A stretch of 64,000 bases of DNA from an uncultured Bacteroidales bacterium (GTDB lineage Bacteria; Bacteroidota; Bacteroidia; Bacteroidales; Paludibacteraceae), in NCBI GenBank assembly GCA_946544705.1, contig CAMNMN010000011.1, positions 2,408-66,407 on the forward strand. The letters run 5' to 3'. Positions 46,071 through 55,341 of this stretch are shown piece by piece. Numbering within the stretch: the first letter of the stretch is position 1; every line of letters begins with the position of its first letter. The notes beneath the pieces are model-generated. The model was not told the origin of the DNA, did no database searches, and saw only the letters and a program-made list of their open reading frames with translations. The translations under genes were made by a program, and so were the position numbers.

Positions 46071-46946
46071 TTAAAATCCTTTAGCGGCAATACGCTCCAG
46101 ATAGCGTCCGTAGGCGGTCTTCATCTCCTTGCCCAGCGCGGCTAACTGATCCGTGCTGATCCATCCGTTGCGCCAGGCTATCTCTTCTATACAACTGACA
46201 TAGAATCCCTGCCTGTTCTGGATGGTGGCAATAAAATTGCCGGCCTCCAGCAGACTGTCGCAGTTACCGGTGTCCAGCCATGCGAAACCGCGGCTGAAGA
46301 GTTTGACTTTCAGGGTCCCTTCTTTCAAATACAGTTTGTTCAAATCCGTGATTTCGTATTCGCCGCGCGCACTCGGTTGCAATCCGGCGGCTTTCTCGCA
46401 AACTGTCTTGTCATAGAAATACAGACCCGGTACGGCATAATTGCTCTTAGGTTCTGCCGGTTTCTCTTCCAGACTCAGTACTTTGCCTTCTTCGTTGAAC
46501 TCAACCACGCCATACGCACGCGGATCGGCTACTTCGTATCCGAAAATAACGGCTCCGCCATTCTGGGCGCTTTCTACAGCGTCTTTCAACATATGCCCGA
46601 AATGCTGGCCGTAGAACATATTGTCGCCTAATATCAAGCAACCCGCTTCGCCATTCAGAAACTCTTTTCCGAGAACGAAGGCTTGCGCCAGACCGTTGGG
46701 CACCATTTGAACTTTATAATGCAACTGCATACCGATACGGCTGCCGTCACCCAATAATTCTTCGAACATGGGCAAGTCTCTCGGGGTGCTGATAATTAAT
46801 ACCTCACGAATGCCTGCTAACATTAAGGTACTCAATGGGTAATAAATCATCGGTTTGTCATATACCGGCATGATTTGCTTGCTGATTGCTTTGCTCAATG
46901 GGTACAAACGCGTCGCGCTGCCTCCCGCTAAAATGATACCTTTCAT
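46071..46946 (-). CDS. rmlA: Glucose-1-phosphate thymidylyltransferase
   Basis: MKGIILAGGSATRLYPLSKAISKQIMPVYDKPMIYYPLS. I start at ATG 46946, not the track's 47012. Confidence 0.95.
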   Translation of the reverse strand: MKGIILAGGSATRLYPLSKAISKQIMPVYDKPMIYYPLSTLMLAGIREVLIISTPRDLPMFEELLGDGSRIGMQLHYKVQMVPNGLAQAFVLGKEFLNGEAGCLILGDNMFYGQHFGHMLKDAVESAQNGGAVIFGYEVADPRAYGVVEFNEEGKVLSLEEKPAEPKSNYAVPGLYFYDKTVCEKAAGLQPSARGEYEITDLNKLYLKEGTLKVKLFSRGFAWLDTGNCDSLLEAGNFIATIQNRQGFYVSCIEEIAWRNGWISTDQLAALGKEMKTAYGRYLERIAAKGF

Positions 46947-47039
46947 ATATACTAGATTATTTTGGCTGCAAATATACAATAAAAAATTGACACTCGCAAA
47001 TAAAAGTGTCAATTTTTACACATTTATGTGTATTTTCTG

Positions 47040-47945
47040 TTAAATCAGAGCTAAAACGGCGACGATGAGGGTGGTGAACATCAAAACCGGCATCTGTTTG
47101 TCCAACCTTTCGGTTTGGGTCCAAATATACCATAGATGCCATGCCCAGACGGGTATGATGCACAAAGTCCACCAGTGGCCGTAGAGGGCGAACAATACCA
47201 GCGAACCGACAATCAGGAAGGTCTGGTAAAATCGTGCACCCGTTTGACCAAGAAATCCGGCAAAAGTGCGTTTGCCGTGCTTGCGGTCGTTCTCCATATC
47301 GCGGATGTTATTCAGGTTTAAAACGCCGATGCATGGCAGACCGATGGCTACGCCCAGCCAGAAAATCTCCCAACTCATCGTCTGGACCTCGAGATAATAG
47401 GCTCCCATCGTACTTAGCAGACCGAAGAACAAAAACACGCCCAAATCACCCAGACCGATATAGCCGTAACTATGCTTTCCGAGCGTGTAAGTAATGGCTC
47501 CGATAATCGCAAGCAGACCGAGCATGAGGAATATAATCGTAGGAATGAGTCTCTCTCCATTGAATAATTCATATAAGTCCGCTTGCCACCAGAATGCGCT
47601 GTAAATCAACGAAATGCCGAATAATACACAGAGTCCTAAAAACAGCCGGATCATACCTTTCATTTGCCGTTTCGTGATCTTGCCGCTCTGCAATCCATAT
47701 GCTGCCCGGCCGTGCTGCTCGGCGTCTGTACCTTTCTCTGCATCGCCCAGTTCGTTGCTGAGGTTACTGAGAATCTGAAGACTAAGAGTTGTGCAGATAG
47801 CCAAGAAGAAAATGATCCAGAACCGGCTATCCGTATTGTGCATAGCGGCTTGTACGTCGTGAGCGGCCATACCTGCGCCAAGAATAATTCCGGACATGGA
47901 GAGGGGAAGCGTTCGAAGTCTCAATGATTGAATGTACGGATTCAT
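47040..47945 (-). CDS. menA: 1,4-dihydroxy-2-naphthoate polyprenyltransferase (UbiA family)
   Basis: Polytopic, 301 aa. N-terminal SLRLRTLPLSMSGIILG and NLSNELGDAEKGTD, NNIRDMENDRKHGKRT Asp-rich motifs. Confidence 0.85.
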   Translation of the reverse strand: MNPYIQSLRLRTLPLSMSGIILGAGMAAHDVQAAMHNTDSRFWIIFFLAICTTLSLQILSNLSNELGDAEKGTDAEQHGRAAYGLQSGKITKRQMKGMIRLFLGLCVLFGISLIYSAFWWQADLYELFNGERLIPTIIFLMLGLLAIIGAITYTLGKHSYGYIGLGDLGVFLFFGLLSTMGAYYLEVQTMSWEIFWLGVAIGLPCIGVLNLNNIRDMENDRKHGKRTFAGFLGQTGARFYQTFLIVGSLVLFALYGHWWTLCIIPVWAWHLWYIWTQTERLDKQMPVLMFTTLIVAVLALI

Positions 47946-48028
47946 ATTTTTTTGATATTTTGTAGTGGTTTCCTACTGTTATTATAGGGTGATTATTGTG
48001 TGATTCCACCATATGTCCATATAATCGC

Positions 48029-48056
48029 AAAAGAACGGCCGAGAGGTCGTTCTTTT
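48029..48056 (-). terminator. Hairpin terminator downstream of tRNA-Phe
   Basis: aaAAGAACGGCC-gaga-GGTCGTTCTTtt: 10-bp stem with one G-U pair, and a T-run on the minus strand. Confidence 0.65.
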
Positions 48057-48059
48057 GTG

Positions 48060-48132
48060 TGGTGCCAACGGGAATCGAACCAGTGACACAAGGATTTTCA
48101 GTCCTTTGCTCTACCAACTGAGCTATGGCACC
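48060..48132 (-). tRNA. tRNA-Phe (anticodon GAA)
   Basis: Reverse complement GGTGCCATAGCTCAGTTGGTAGAGCAAAGGACTGAAAATCCTTGTGTCACTGGTTCGATTCCCGTTGGCACCA. It has a 7-bp acceptor stem, a canonical D-arm and anticodon loop CTGAAAA. CCA is not encoded. Confidence 0.95.
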
Positions 48133-48212
48133 CGGGGGTGTTCCCGTTAATCGGGAAAACCGGCCTCCGCCGGAAAGGGCAAAAAAATATGCTCCTCGGA
48201 CGAAAGCGGGTG

Positions 48213-48220
48213 CAAAAGTA
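48213..48220 (-). promoter_or_regulatory. -7 promoter box TACTTTTG upstream of tRNA-Phe
   Basis: Plus-strand caaaagta, about 80 nt upstream of the mature 5' end. The leader contains hairpins CCGGCGGAGGCCGG and CCCGATTAACGGG. Confidence 0.4.
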
Positions 48221-48304
48221 CTGCTTTTTTTTGAATTGACCAAATTTTTCTGCATTTTTTTTACAAAAGCGGGTGTTTTTCTTGCATTTTTGACAGAAAA
48301 GTAG

Positions 48305-48312
48305 TAATTTTG
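48305..48312 (+). promoter_or_regulatory. -7 promoter box TAATTTTG for trmO
   Basis: 16 nt upstream of the ATG at 48329. Confidence 0.5.
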
Positions 48313-48328
48313 CGGTCAAAATAGATCG

Positions 48329-49072
48329 ATGATGAAGTTAAAAGTGATCGCATATGCCCGCAACGGGCACACGGATAAGTTCGGCATCCCGCGCCAGAGC
48401 AGGGAGGAAAGTCCGATATTGACGCGTATCGTTTTTGAATCGGAATATAACGTGCGCGAAGCACTGAGAGGAATAGAAGGATATAGCTATCTATGGCTCA
48501 TATGGGGATTTAGCGAGGCGCATAGCGGCTTGCTGACTGCTGATGCAGTAGAATCGCAGACAGAGCCTGCTGCAGGACTTACTTGGTCTCCGACGGTGCG
48601 GCCGCCGCGTTTAGGCGGAAACAAGAGAATGGGTGTTTTTGCGACGAGAAGTCCGTTCAGGCCGAACCCGATAGGATTGAGTAGTGTGAGATTGTTGAAA
48701 ATTGACGAAGGAGAGTTGATTGTAAGCGGGGCGGATGTGTTGGACGGAACGCCGATCTACGATATCAAGCCGTATTTGAGTTTCAGCGACAGCCATCCGG
48801 AGGCGAAGAACGGTTTTGCAGAGGAGACGAAGGATTATCAATTGGAAGTGCTGAGTGTCAAAGAATCTCTGTCGAAGGAGTGGAACGTGCCGGAGCGGGT
48901 GGCGGAAGATATATTATATATCTTGCGGCAAGATCCGAGACCCGGATATCAGGATGATCCCGAGCGGGTATATAAGATGGATTACGGAGGCTGGAGAGTG
49001 GAATTTAAGGTAAATTTAAAATCACAGATATATATACAAAGTATATATAAGGTGAACAGGGATACGATATAA
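48329..49072 (+). CDS. trmO: tRNA (N6-threonylcarbamoyladenosine37-N6)-methyltransferase TrmO/TsaA family
   Basis: KFGIPRQS, YSYLWLIW and GVFATRSPFRPNPIGLS blocks typical of the YaeB/TrmO fold, plus a C-terminal extension. Confidence 0.8.
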   Translation: MMKLKVIAYARNGHTDKFGIPRQSREESPILTRIVFESEYNVREALRGIEGYSYLWLIWGFSEAHSGLLTADAVESQTEPAAGLTWSPTVRPPRLGGNKRMGVFATRSPFRPNPIGLSSVRLLKIDEGELIVSGADVLDGTPIYDIKPYLSFSDSHPEAKNGFAEETKDYQLEVLSVKESLSKEWNVPERVAEDILYILRQDPRPGYQDDPERVYKMDYGGWRVEFKVNLKSQIYIQSIYKVNRDTI

Positions 49073-49158
49073 CCCCGATATAACCCCTATAAAGTGGCAG
49101 AAAAATGCCTTGTTATAAAATTTTTATAGAAAAATTTGTTCATATCAAAAAAATGTAG

Positions 49159-49166
49159 TACCTTTG
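49159..49166 (+). promoter_or_regulatory. -7 promoter box TACCTTTG for the amylase cluster
   Basis: 25 nt upstream of the ATG at 49192. The context gtagtaCCTTTGCAcg resembles that at 61099. Confidence 0.6.
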
Positions 49167-49191
49167 CACGAATTTTTAGCAAAGTTAAACC

Positions 49192-50697
49192 ATGAAAAAG
49201 ACGATTCTTTTAGTATTTTCCATATTTTTGCTCGCGGGTGCGAGTGCGTTGAACGCGGATAACAGAAGCGCTGCCAAAGCGGATGGAGTATCGTCCAAGG
49301 CCGGTGTGCCTGCGGAATGCGAAGATGTCATGTTGCAGGCATTCTATTGGGACAGTTACAAGGCTAAGACGAGCACGGACAGCAAGTTCGGTCGTACGAA
49401 ATGGATTGATTTGCTCAAAGACACGGCGGCCATCAATGCCAATTTTGACGTCGTATGGTTTCCGCCAAGTGCCGGTCCGACGGGTTGCGGCGTGGGTTAC
49501 TCCGCCAAGCAGTATAGCAATCAGGAGAGCGACTGGGGTACCAAAACGGCGTTGAGCAACCTGATTAACGCGCTGCATAAAGGCAATACCAAGGTGCTGG
49601 CGGATGTAGTGCTGAACCATCGCGGTAACCTGTCGAATTGGTGCAATTTCTGGACGGATAACTTCGGCAGTTACGGTACGTTTACCTTGACGCAGAAAGA
49701 GATCTGCCGTAACGACGAGGGCTTTACGAATACGAAATCCTCTTGTTACGGCGCGGACTATACAGACCGCGGAGCGAACGATACGGGCGATAATTTTGAT
49801 GGTGCACGCGATTTGGATCATCAGAGCGAGGTGGTACAAAACTGGTCGAAGGCTTATACGCAATGGTTGTTGAACACGATGAAATACGACGGATTCCGGT
49901 ACGATATGACCTTGGGTTTCCATGGTCGGTATCTGAAGATGTACAACGAAGCGGCTCAGCCGTATATGTCCGTTTCGGAGTTGTGGCAAAGTATAAATCG
50001 TCAGAAACAGCATTTGGAAGAGTGCGAATATAATACGATGGTGTTTGATTTCCAGGCGAAATACTCGATGAAGGGGATCGTAACCGGTTCGTACGGCAAG
50101 TTGAATGCAAACAAGGCGTTTGAGGGGCTGCGCAAGCATGGTCTGGAGCGTTATTCGGTGACGTTCATCGACAACCATGATACGTTTGACCGCGGGACGG
50201 CGTACGGCGATAACCAGTTTACCCCGACTACTGATCTGACGACAACGACGAACAAAGATTACGTTTTGCAGGCGAGTGCGTATATGCTGATGATGCCCGG
50301 TGTACCGTGTGTGTTCTATCCGCATTGGGCGAGTTACAAGGAGGAAATCAATGAGTTGATTGCCGTTCGCAAGCGTGTAGGAATTCATAGTGAGTCGGAC
50401 GTGCTGGAGGAGACGAGCGGACAGTATCAATATAGCGCAACGGTTCAGGGACATCGCGGCAAGGTGATCGTGCGTGTAGGCAAATACCGCAGTAAGACGC
50501 AGCCGGAAGGGTATGAGTTGGCGGTAGAAGGCGGAGACAGAGGTAATTACACCGTATATGTTAGCATGGATCAGCAGGGCGTGGAGGAAGTTGATCTTCC
50601 GGAGACCGGTGTTCGAAAGATTATTTACAACGGGCAGGTGTATTTCCTCCGCGAAGGCAAGACGTATACCTTAACCGGAAGTGAAATAAAAGAATGA
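49192..50697 (+). CDS. Secreted GH13 alpha-amylase with the shared C-terminal tail
   Basis: Signal peptide. GH13 regions DVVLNHRG, DGFRYDMTLG, VSELWQ, FIDNHDT, and an MLQAFYWDSY N-terminus. Ends KIIYNGQVYFLREGKTYTLTGSEIKE. Confidence 0.9.
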   Translation: MKKTILLVFSIFLLAGASALNADNRSAAKADGVSSKAGVPAECEDVMLQAFYWDSYKAKTSTDSKFGRTKWIDLLKDTAAINANFDVVWFPPSAGPTGCGVGYSAKQYSNQESDWGTKTALSNLINALHKGNTKVLADVVLNHRGNLSNWCNFWTDNFGSYGTFTLTQKEICRNDEGFTNTKSSCYGADYTDRGANDTGDNFDGARDLDHQSEVVQNWSKAYTQWLLNTMKYDGFRYDMTLGFHGRYLKMYNEAAQPYMSVSELWQSINRQKQHLEECEYNTMVFDFQAKYSMKGIVTGSYGKLNANKAFEGLRKHGLERYSVTFIDNHDTFDRGTAYGDNQFTPTTDLTTTTNKDYVLQASAYMLMMPGVPCVFYPHWASYKEEINELIAVRKRVGIHSESDVLEETSGQYQYSATVQGHRGKVIVRVGKYRSKTQPEGYELAVEGGDRGNYTVYVSMDQQGVEEVDLPETGVRKIIYNGQVYFLREGKTYTLTGSEIKE

Positions 50698-50708
50698 AAG
50701 GGAGGACG

Positions 50709-52544
50709 ATGAAGAGGTTTTTAAATTTAATAGTGTTAGCGTGCGCTTGCGCGAGTGTGTGGGCGAGCAACTATGGTATTTTGGTGAACGGCAATACCTA
50801 TTTTGCCGGAGAACCGGCGGGTGAGTATGAGGGATTTCAGCAGTACTTGGCGCATGTGCAGGTGTCTAATGGCGACCAGTTCCAGTTGTATGACGCGGAA
50901 AATCAAGCGGCATGGGCTGTAGATCTGAATACTTATTCTGTAGCAGGATTCACGCGTTCGGGCGATCATTATGTATCGAGCGTGAGTGGCTGCTATGATT
51001 TTTATATCAAACTGAAATGGGAACAAGATGAGTTGTATATAGGCAATGGTTCGAATTGCGGAGCCGGCGAAGATATACATGATATCTATACGGGCGCCGT
51101 TCCTCGCCAGTGTGAAGCGGTGATGATGCAGGCTTTTTATAACGAGTCGTATAGTGCTACTTCGCCGGGTGTGAGCGAGTATGGCGATACCAAATGGACT
51201 ACTTTGACGCCTCAAGCAACCGAGTTGGGCCGGTATTTCGACTATATATGGTTGCCGCCGAGTGCGTACGGAGACGGTGCAGGGTACCATCCGAAACAAT
51301 ACAGCAACCAGAACTCCAACTGGGGCACGCGCGCAGAACTGGATGCGCTGATAAGTGCGTTGCATAACGCGGGAACCAAAGTGGTGGCGGACATCGTGAT
51401 CAACCACTGCGCGAACAAGAGTACTTGGTGCGATTTCTACGAGATGGATTTCGGCGAATACGGCGTGTTCCATCCGGATGAGACGTATATCTGTTCGAAT
51501 GACGAGGTGAATGCCGAATGGAACCGACCGACGGCAACGAGCGATGGTTCAGGCGCTTGTTGGGGAACGGCTTCCGGTAGTCCGGATGACGGAGATAACT
51601 GGGACGGCGCACGCGACTGGAGTCATGACAAAGTGTATGTGCAGCAGATGTTCATCGCTTATCTGCAATGGATGCGCAATGTGATGCACTATGACGGCTT
51701 CCGCTATGACAAAGGCGACGGTTTCAATAACTGGCATCATTATAACTATAACAAACATGCGAAGCCGGAGATCGCTTTCATGGAGAGTTATAACGGTACC
51801 GATGCTATCCAGGGACAGATTAACGGCGCGCAGGGTGATCTGATGGCTCTTGATTTTGATCTCAAATGGCATGTGTTCAATTCGTTTGCCGGCTGGGATT
51901 ACAGCCGCGGTCGCGGAGACTGTTTGATGAGTCGCGGTGACGGAAAACATTCGGTTACGTTCATTGAGAGTCACGACTGGTTCCTTCGGCCGGATAACGA
52001 GAATGAGTTCGGCGGACGCGGCAATTCCATGACTCCGGCGCTGAAAGGTCGTCTGATGCAGGCGAACGCTTTTCTGCTGTCCATGCCGGGTGTGCCGTGT
52101 GTGTTCTATCCGCATTGGGCGAAATACAAAGCCGATCTGAAACCGATGATTATTGCTCGCAAATGGGCAGGCGTACACAGCGAAAGCGAAGTGCGGGATG
52201 AGTATTCGACCGCTACGGGTTATCAGGCTACGGTAGTAGGAAAGAACGGATGGCTCATCCTGTGTCTGGGAGATAGAGCGAACGGGCAAGGTTTCGGTCC
52301 GGACTATCAGTTGGCGGCAAGTAACTACAACACGCAAGACGGACATAATGAGAGTTTCGAGATTTGGGTGAATAGTTCGAAGGAGAAACCGAATCCCGAA
52401 CTCAATACGGGTATAGAACAGCCTACCTCCGACTCCTCTATACAGGGAAGAGGGGAGAAATTCGTCAAGGACGGCCAACTCTATATTCGCTGTGGCGAAC
52501 AGGTGTATGATATAATGGGACAACAAATAAATAAAATACGATGA
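50709..52544 (+). CDS. Secreted GH13 alpha-amylase with the unassigned ~100-aa N-terminal module and the shared C-terminal tail
   Basis: Signal peptide MKRFLNLIVLACACASVWA (an alternative ATG at 50694 overlaps the upstream stop). DIVINHCA, DGFRYDKGDG, FMESYNG, FIESHDW. Ends KFVKDGQLYIRCGEQVYDIMGQQINKIR. Confidence 0.88.
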   Translation: MKRFLNLIVLACACASVWASNYGILVNGNTYFAGEPAGEYEGFQQYLAHVQVSNGDQFQLYDAENQAAWAVDLNTYSVAGFTRSGDHYVSSVSGCYDFYIKLKWEQDELYIGNGSNCGAGEDIHDIYTGAVPRQCEAVMMQAFYNESYSATSPGVSEYGDTKWTTLTPQATELGRYFDYIWLPPSAYGDGAGYHPKQYSNQNSNWGTRAELDALISALHNAGTKVVADIVINHCANKSTWCDFYEMDFGEYGVFHPDETYICSNDEVNAEWNRPTATSDGSGACWGTASGSPDDGDNWDGARDWSHDKVYVQQMFIAYLQWMRNVMHYDGFRYDKGDGFNNWHHYNYNKHAKPEIAFMESYNGTDAIQGQINGAQGDLMALDFDLKWHVFNSFAGWDYSRGRGDCLMSRGDGKHSVTFIESHDWFLRPDNENEFGGRGNSMTPALKGRLMQANAFLLSMPGVPCVFYPHWAKYKADLKPMIIARKWAGVHSESEVRDEYSTATGYQATVVGKNGWLILCLGDRANGQGFGPDYQLAASNYNTQDGHNESFEIWVNSSKEKPNPELNTGIEQPTSDSSIQGRGEKFVKDGQLYIRCGEQVYDIMGQQINKIR

Positions 52545-54379
52545 AAAAAACAGGATTGATTTTAGTGGCCATGTTGTGCTGTGCGATGGGATGGGCAGCA
52601 AGTTATGGCATTTTGGTGAACGGGAAGATGTATTTCGCCGGAAGTTTAGTGGATGAGTTTGAGGGTTTTACCCAGTATCTGGCACATGTACAGGTGTCGA
52701 AGGGAGATTACTGCCAGCTCTATGACGCGGATAACAAAGCGGCTTGGGCAGTGGCGTTGAATACCTATTCGGTACCCGGATTTACGTATGATGCCTCGGC
52801 GAACCGCTATACGGTTTCGGTGGATGGTTGCTATGATTTCTACATCAAGTTGAAGTACGAGCAGGATGAGTTGTATATCGGTGACGGCTCTAATTGCGGT
52901 GAAGGTCAGGACATCAGTGGCGGCGGAGAGATAGACCCGGGTTATTCGGGTTCGGCTCCGGCACAATGTCCGGATGTGATGCTGCAGGCATTCTATTGGG
53001 ACAGTTATAACGGATCGCTGCCGACGACCAAATACGGTCGTACCAAATGGATAGACCTGGTCAACGGTAACAGCGGTTCGAGTGCTGAAGAAATGGGGCA
53101 ATGGTTCGATATGGTATGGTTACCGCCTATGTCGGCCGGTAGCGGTACGGGATATCACCCGACCAACTACGGAAGACTGGAAAGCGATCGTGGAACAAAA
53201 TCCAAGTTGGTGGAACTGATAGAGATCCTGCATAAGAACGGTGCACGCGTGATAGCGGATATTGTGATCAACCATGCGGATGCGCAAGAGGGATGGTGTA
53301 ACTTCAAGTCGTATGACTTTGGTTCGTACGGTAAGTTTACACCCGACGGGTCGTATATCTGCAGCACGGACGAGATGAATACATCTGCTCCTACGACGGC
53401 CTGTCGCGGTTATGCTACGGGGGCCGCGGACGACGGTTACGGCGACGAGGCGAACTATGCCGCGTCACGCGACTGGGATCATACGAATGCTGAGGTGCGC
53501 GATATGTTCAAGGCATATCTCAAATGGATGCGTAATGAAGTCAAAGTGGACGGTTTCCGCTATGACTACTGCAAGGGATATCACAACAGCCATATCAATG
53601 AGTATAACCGCGCGGCTGAGGCTTATTTCAGTGTCATGGAATACTGGGACGGTAATGTGAATACGCTCCAGAGCCGTCTGAGCGATGCCGGATGGAATAC
53701 CGCTACCTTCGATTTTGCCACCAAATATACGGCGTTCAATGACGGTATAGCAGCTGACAACTATTGGAAACTGCAGGGCGCCGGTCTGCCGGGTGCAGGC
53801 AAGGCACGTTACGCCGTGACGTTTATCGACAGCCATGACGGTTTCCAGCGCAATGACAATGAGTTCTGCGGCAACGGCAACTCCATGACGATTTGTAAGG
53901 ACAAGGTGCTCATCTGCAATGCTTATATGCTGTCGATGCCGGGTGTGCCGTGTGTGTTCTGGCCGCACTGGGTGACCTTCAAGGACCAAATAAAGAAGAT
54001 GATCAACGCCCGCTATAAAACAGGCGTACACAGCGAGAGCAGTGTGACCGACGAATCGGTAGGAGACGGCTACTACAAGGCTACTATCAACGGTACGAAC
54101 GGTTCGATCCGTCTGTTGTTAGGTCCCAACTCGGGGTATAACTCGACACCGTCGGGTTACACGTTAGCAGTAAAAGGAACCAACTACGGCGTATATTACA
54201 AGTCGGACGGAACGCGCGGAGACAAGAACACCGAGCGCAAAGACCGCACGCAGGGCATCGAAGAGATCACCTCCGGATCTTCCCTCCAAGGGAAAGGGGA
54301 GAAGTTCATCCAGGATGGTCAGTTGCTGATCCGGGTGGGTGAACAGGTGTTTGATGCGTTCGGACGCAGAGTGAAGTAA
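52541..54379 (+). CDS. Secreted GH13 alpha-amylase, paralog with the same N-terminal module and C-terminal tail
   Basis: ATGA start/stop overlap with the upstream gene. DIVINHAD, DGFRYDYCKG, VMEYWDG, FIDSHDG. Ends KFIQDGQLLIRVGEQVFDAFGRRVK. Confidence 0.9.
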   Translation: MKKTGLILVAMLCCAMGWAASYGILVNGKMYFAGSLVDEFEGFTQYLAHVQVSKGDYCQLYDADNKAAWAVALNTYSVPGFTYDASANRYTVSVDGCYDFYIKLKYEQDELYIGDGSNCGEGQDISGGGEIDPGYSGSAPAQCPDVMLQAFYWDSYNGSLPTTKYGRTKWIDLVNGNSGSSAEEMGQWFDMVWLPPMSAGSGTGYHPTNYGRLESDRGTKSKLVELIEILHKNGARVIADIVINHADAQEGWCNFKSYDFGSYGKFTPDGSYICSTDEMNTSAPTTACRGYATGAADDGYGDEANYAASRDWDHTNAEVRDMFKAYLKWMRNEVKVDGFRYDYCKGYHNSHINEYNRAAEAYFSVMEYWDGNVNTLQSRLSDAGWNTATFDFATKYTAFNDGIAADNYWKLQGAGLPGAGKARYAVTFIDSHDGFQRNDNEFCGNGNSMTICKDKVLICNAYMLSMPGVPCVFWPHWVTFKDQIKKMINARYKTGVHSESSVTDESVGDGYYKATINGTNGSIRLLLGPNSGYNSTPSGYTLAVKGTNYGVYYKSDGTRGDKNTERKDRTQGIEEITSGSSLQGKGEKFIQDGQLLIRVGEQVFDAFGRRVK

Positions 54380-54419
54380 ATTATAATTACAAGTTGTTAA
54401 ATAACAAAATAACACTATT

Positions 54420-55295
54420 ATGAAAAAGATTTTTACATTATTGGCTGCGGTTGCAGTTGCAGCTTGTGCGATGGCCGGCAGTTACGGCATCTTAGTGAAC
54501 GGAACCACCTATTTCGCAGGTGAGCCTGCCGGTGAGTTCGAGGGTTTTCAACAGTATTTGGCGCATGTGCAGGTGAAGTCCGGTGACTTCTGCCAGCTCT
54601 GCGACGCGGAGAACAGGGCCGTATGGGCGGTAGATCTCAACACGGCTTCGGTAGAGGGATTCACCCGTAACGGAAACCAGTACAGTGTGGCGGTGGACGG
54701 TTGCTATGACTTCTACATCAAGTTGAAGTACGAGCAGGACGAGTTGTATATCGGTCCGGGTTCCGACTGCGGTGAAGGTATTGATATCAGCGGTGGCGGC
54801 CAAGGCGGTCAAGGCGGAGATGAGGATGTGGACTTCTACGCTATCGGTTGGATCAACGGAGCCGACCACGGAGAGGCTGCGTACGACACGTACGAGGATG
54901 AGTACCTGTTTGTGGATGGTAAGTTAACAATCGACTGCAAGATGGGTAGCTATATCGCTATCAAGGACCATCTGGGTAATTTCTATTACTCCAAGACCGA
55001 GACAACGATTGCCAACGAGTCGGTCACGATGGACTGGGCAAACGGATGGACTCCTTGCCAGAAATGGGCTATCCCGGAGGGTGTGAACTATATCATTATC
55101 CGCGAAGCGGCATGCAAGGGACAGATCAAGTTGGAGCGCGTGGACAAGGCTACCTATGATGCGTATCATTTCGGCGGCGACCAAGCTATCGAGAACACGA
55201 CCGTTAATGAGAAAGCACACAAAGTGGTAATTAACGGTCAGTTGCGTATCGTCCGCGGCGATAAGATATTTGACGCTACCGGACGTGAGTTATAA
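54420..55295 (+). CDS. Secreted non-catalytic protein: shared N-terminal module, Gly-rich linker, second beta-rich module, shared C-terminal tail
   Basis: Signal peptide. The N-terminal 99 aa are homologous to the two upstream amylases. No GH13 regions. Linker GGGQGGQGGDED. Ends KVVINGQLRIVRGDKIFDATGREL. Confidence 0.8.
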   Translation: MKKIFTLLAAVAVAACAMAGSYGILVNGTTYFAGEPAGEFEGFQQYLAHVQVKSGDFCQLCDAENRAVWAVDLNTASVEGFTRNGNQYSVAVDGCYDFYIKLKYEQDELYIGPGSDCGEGIDISGGGQGGQGGDEDVDFYAIGWINGADHGEAAYDTYEDEYLFVDGKLTIDCKMGSYIAIKDHLGNFYYSKTETTIANESVTMDWANGWTPCQKWAIPEGVNYIIIREAACKGQIKLERVDKATYDAYHFGGDQAIENTTVNEKAHKVVINGQLRIVRGDKIFDATGREL

Positions 55296-55341
55296 GAAGA
55301 CCGTAAGCAAAAAAAGGACGTAATCCAGAAAAAATATCACA

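Noticed and set aside
48060-48132. tRNA-Phe as an integration site for a genomic island, and its U-C mismatch at T-stem pair 51:63
   Set aside because: I saw no repeat of the tRNA 3' half, and no integrase, in the flanking sequence. The neighbouring genes (menA, trmO) are housekeeping. A single T-stem mismatch is tolerated in functional tRNAs.
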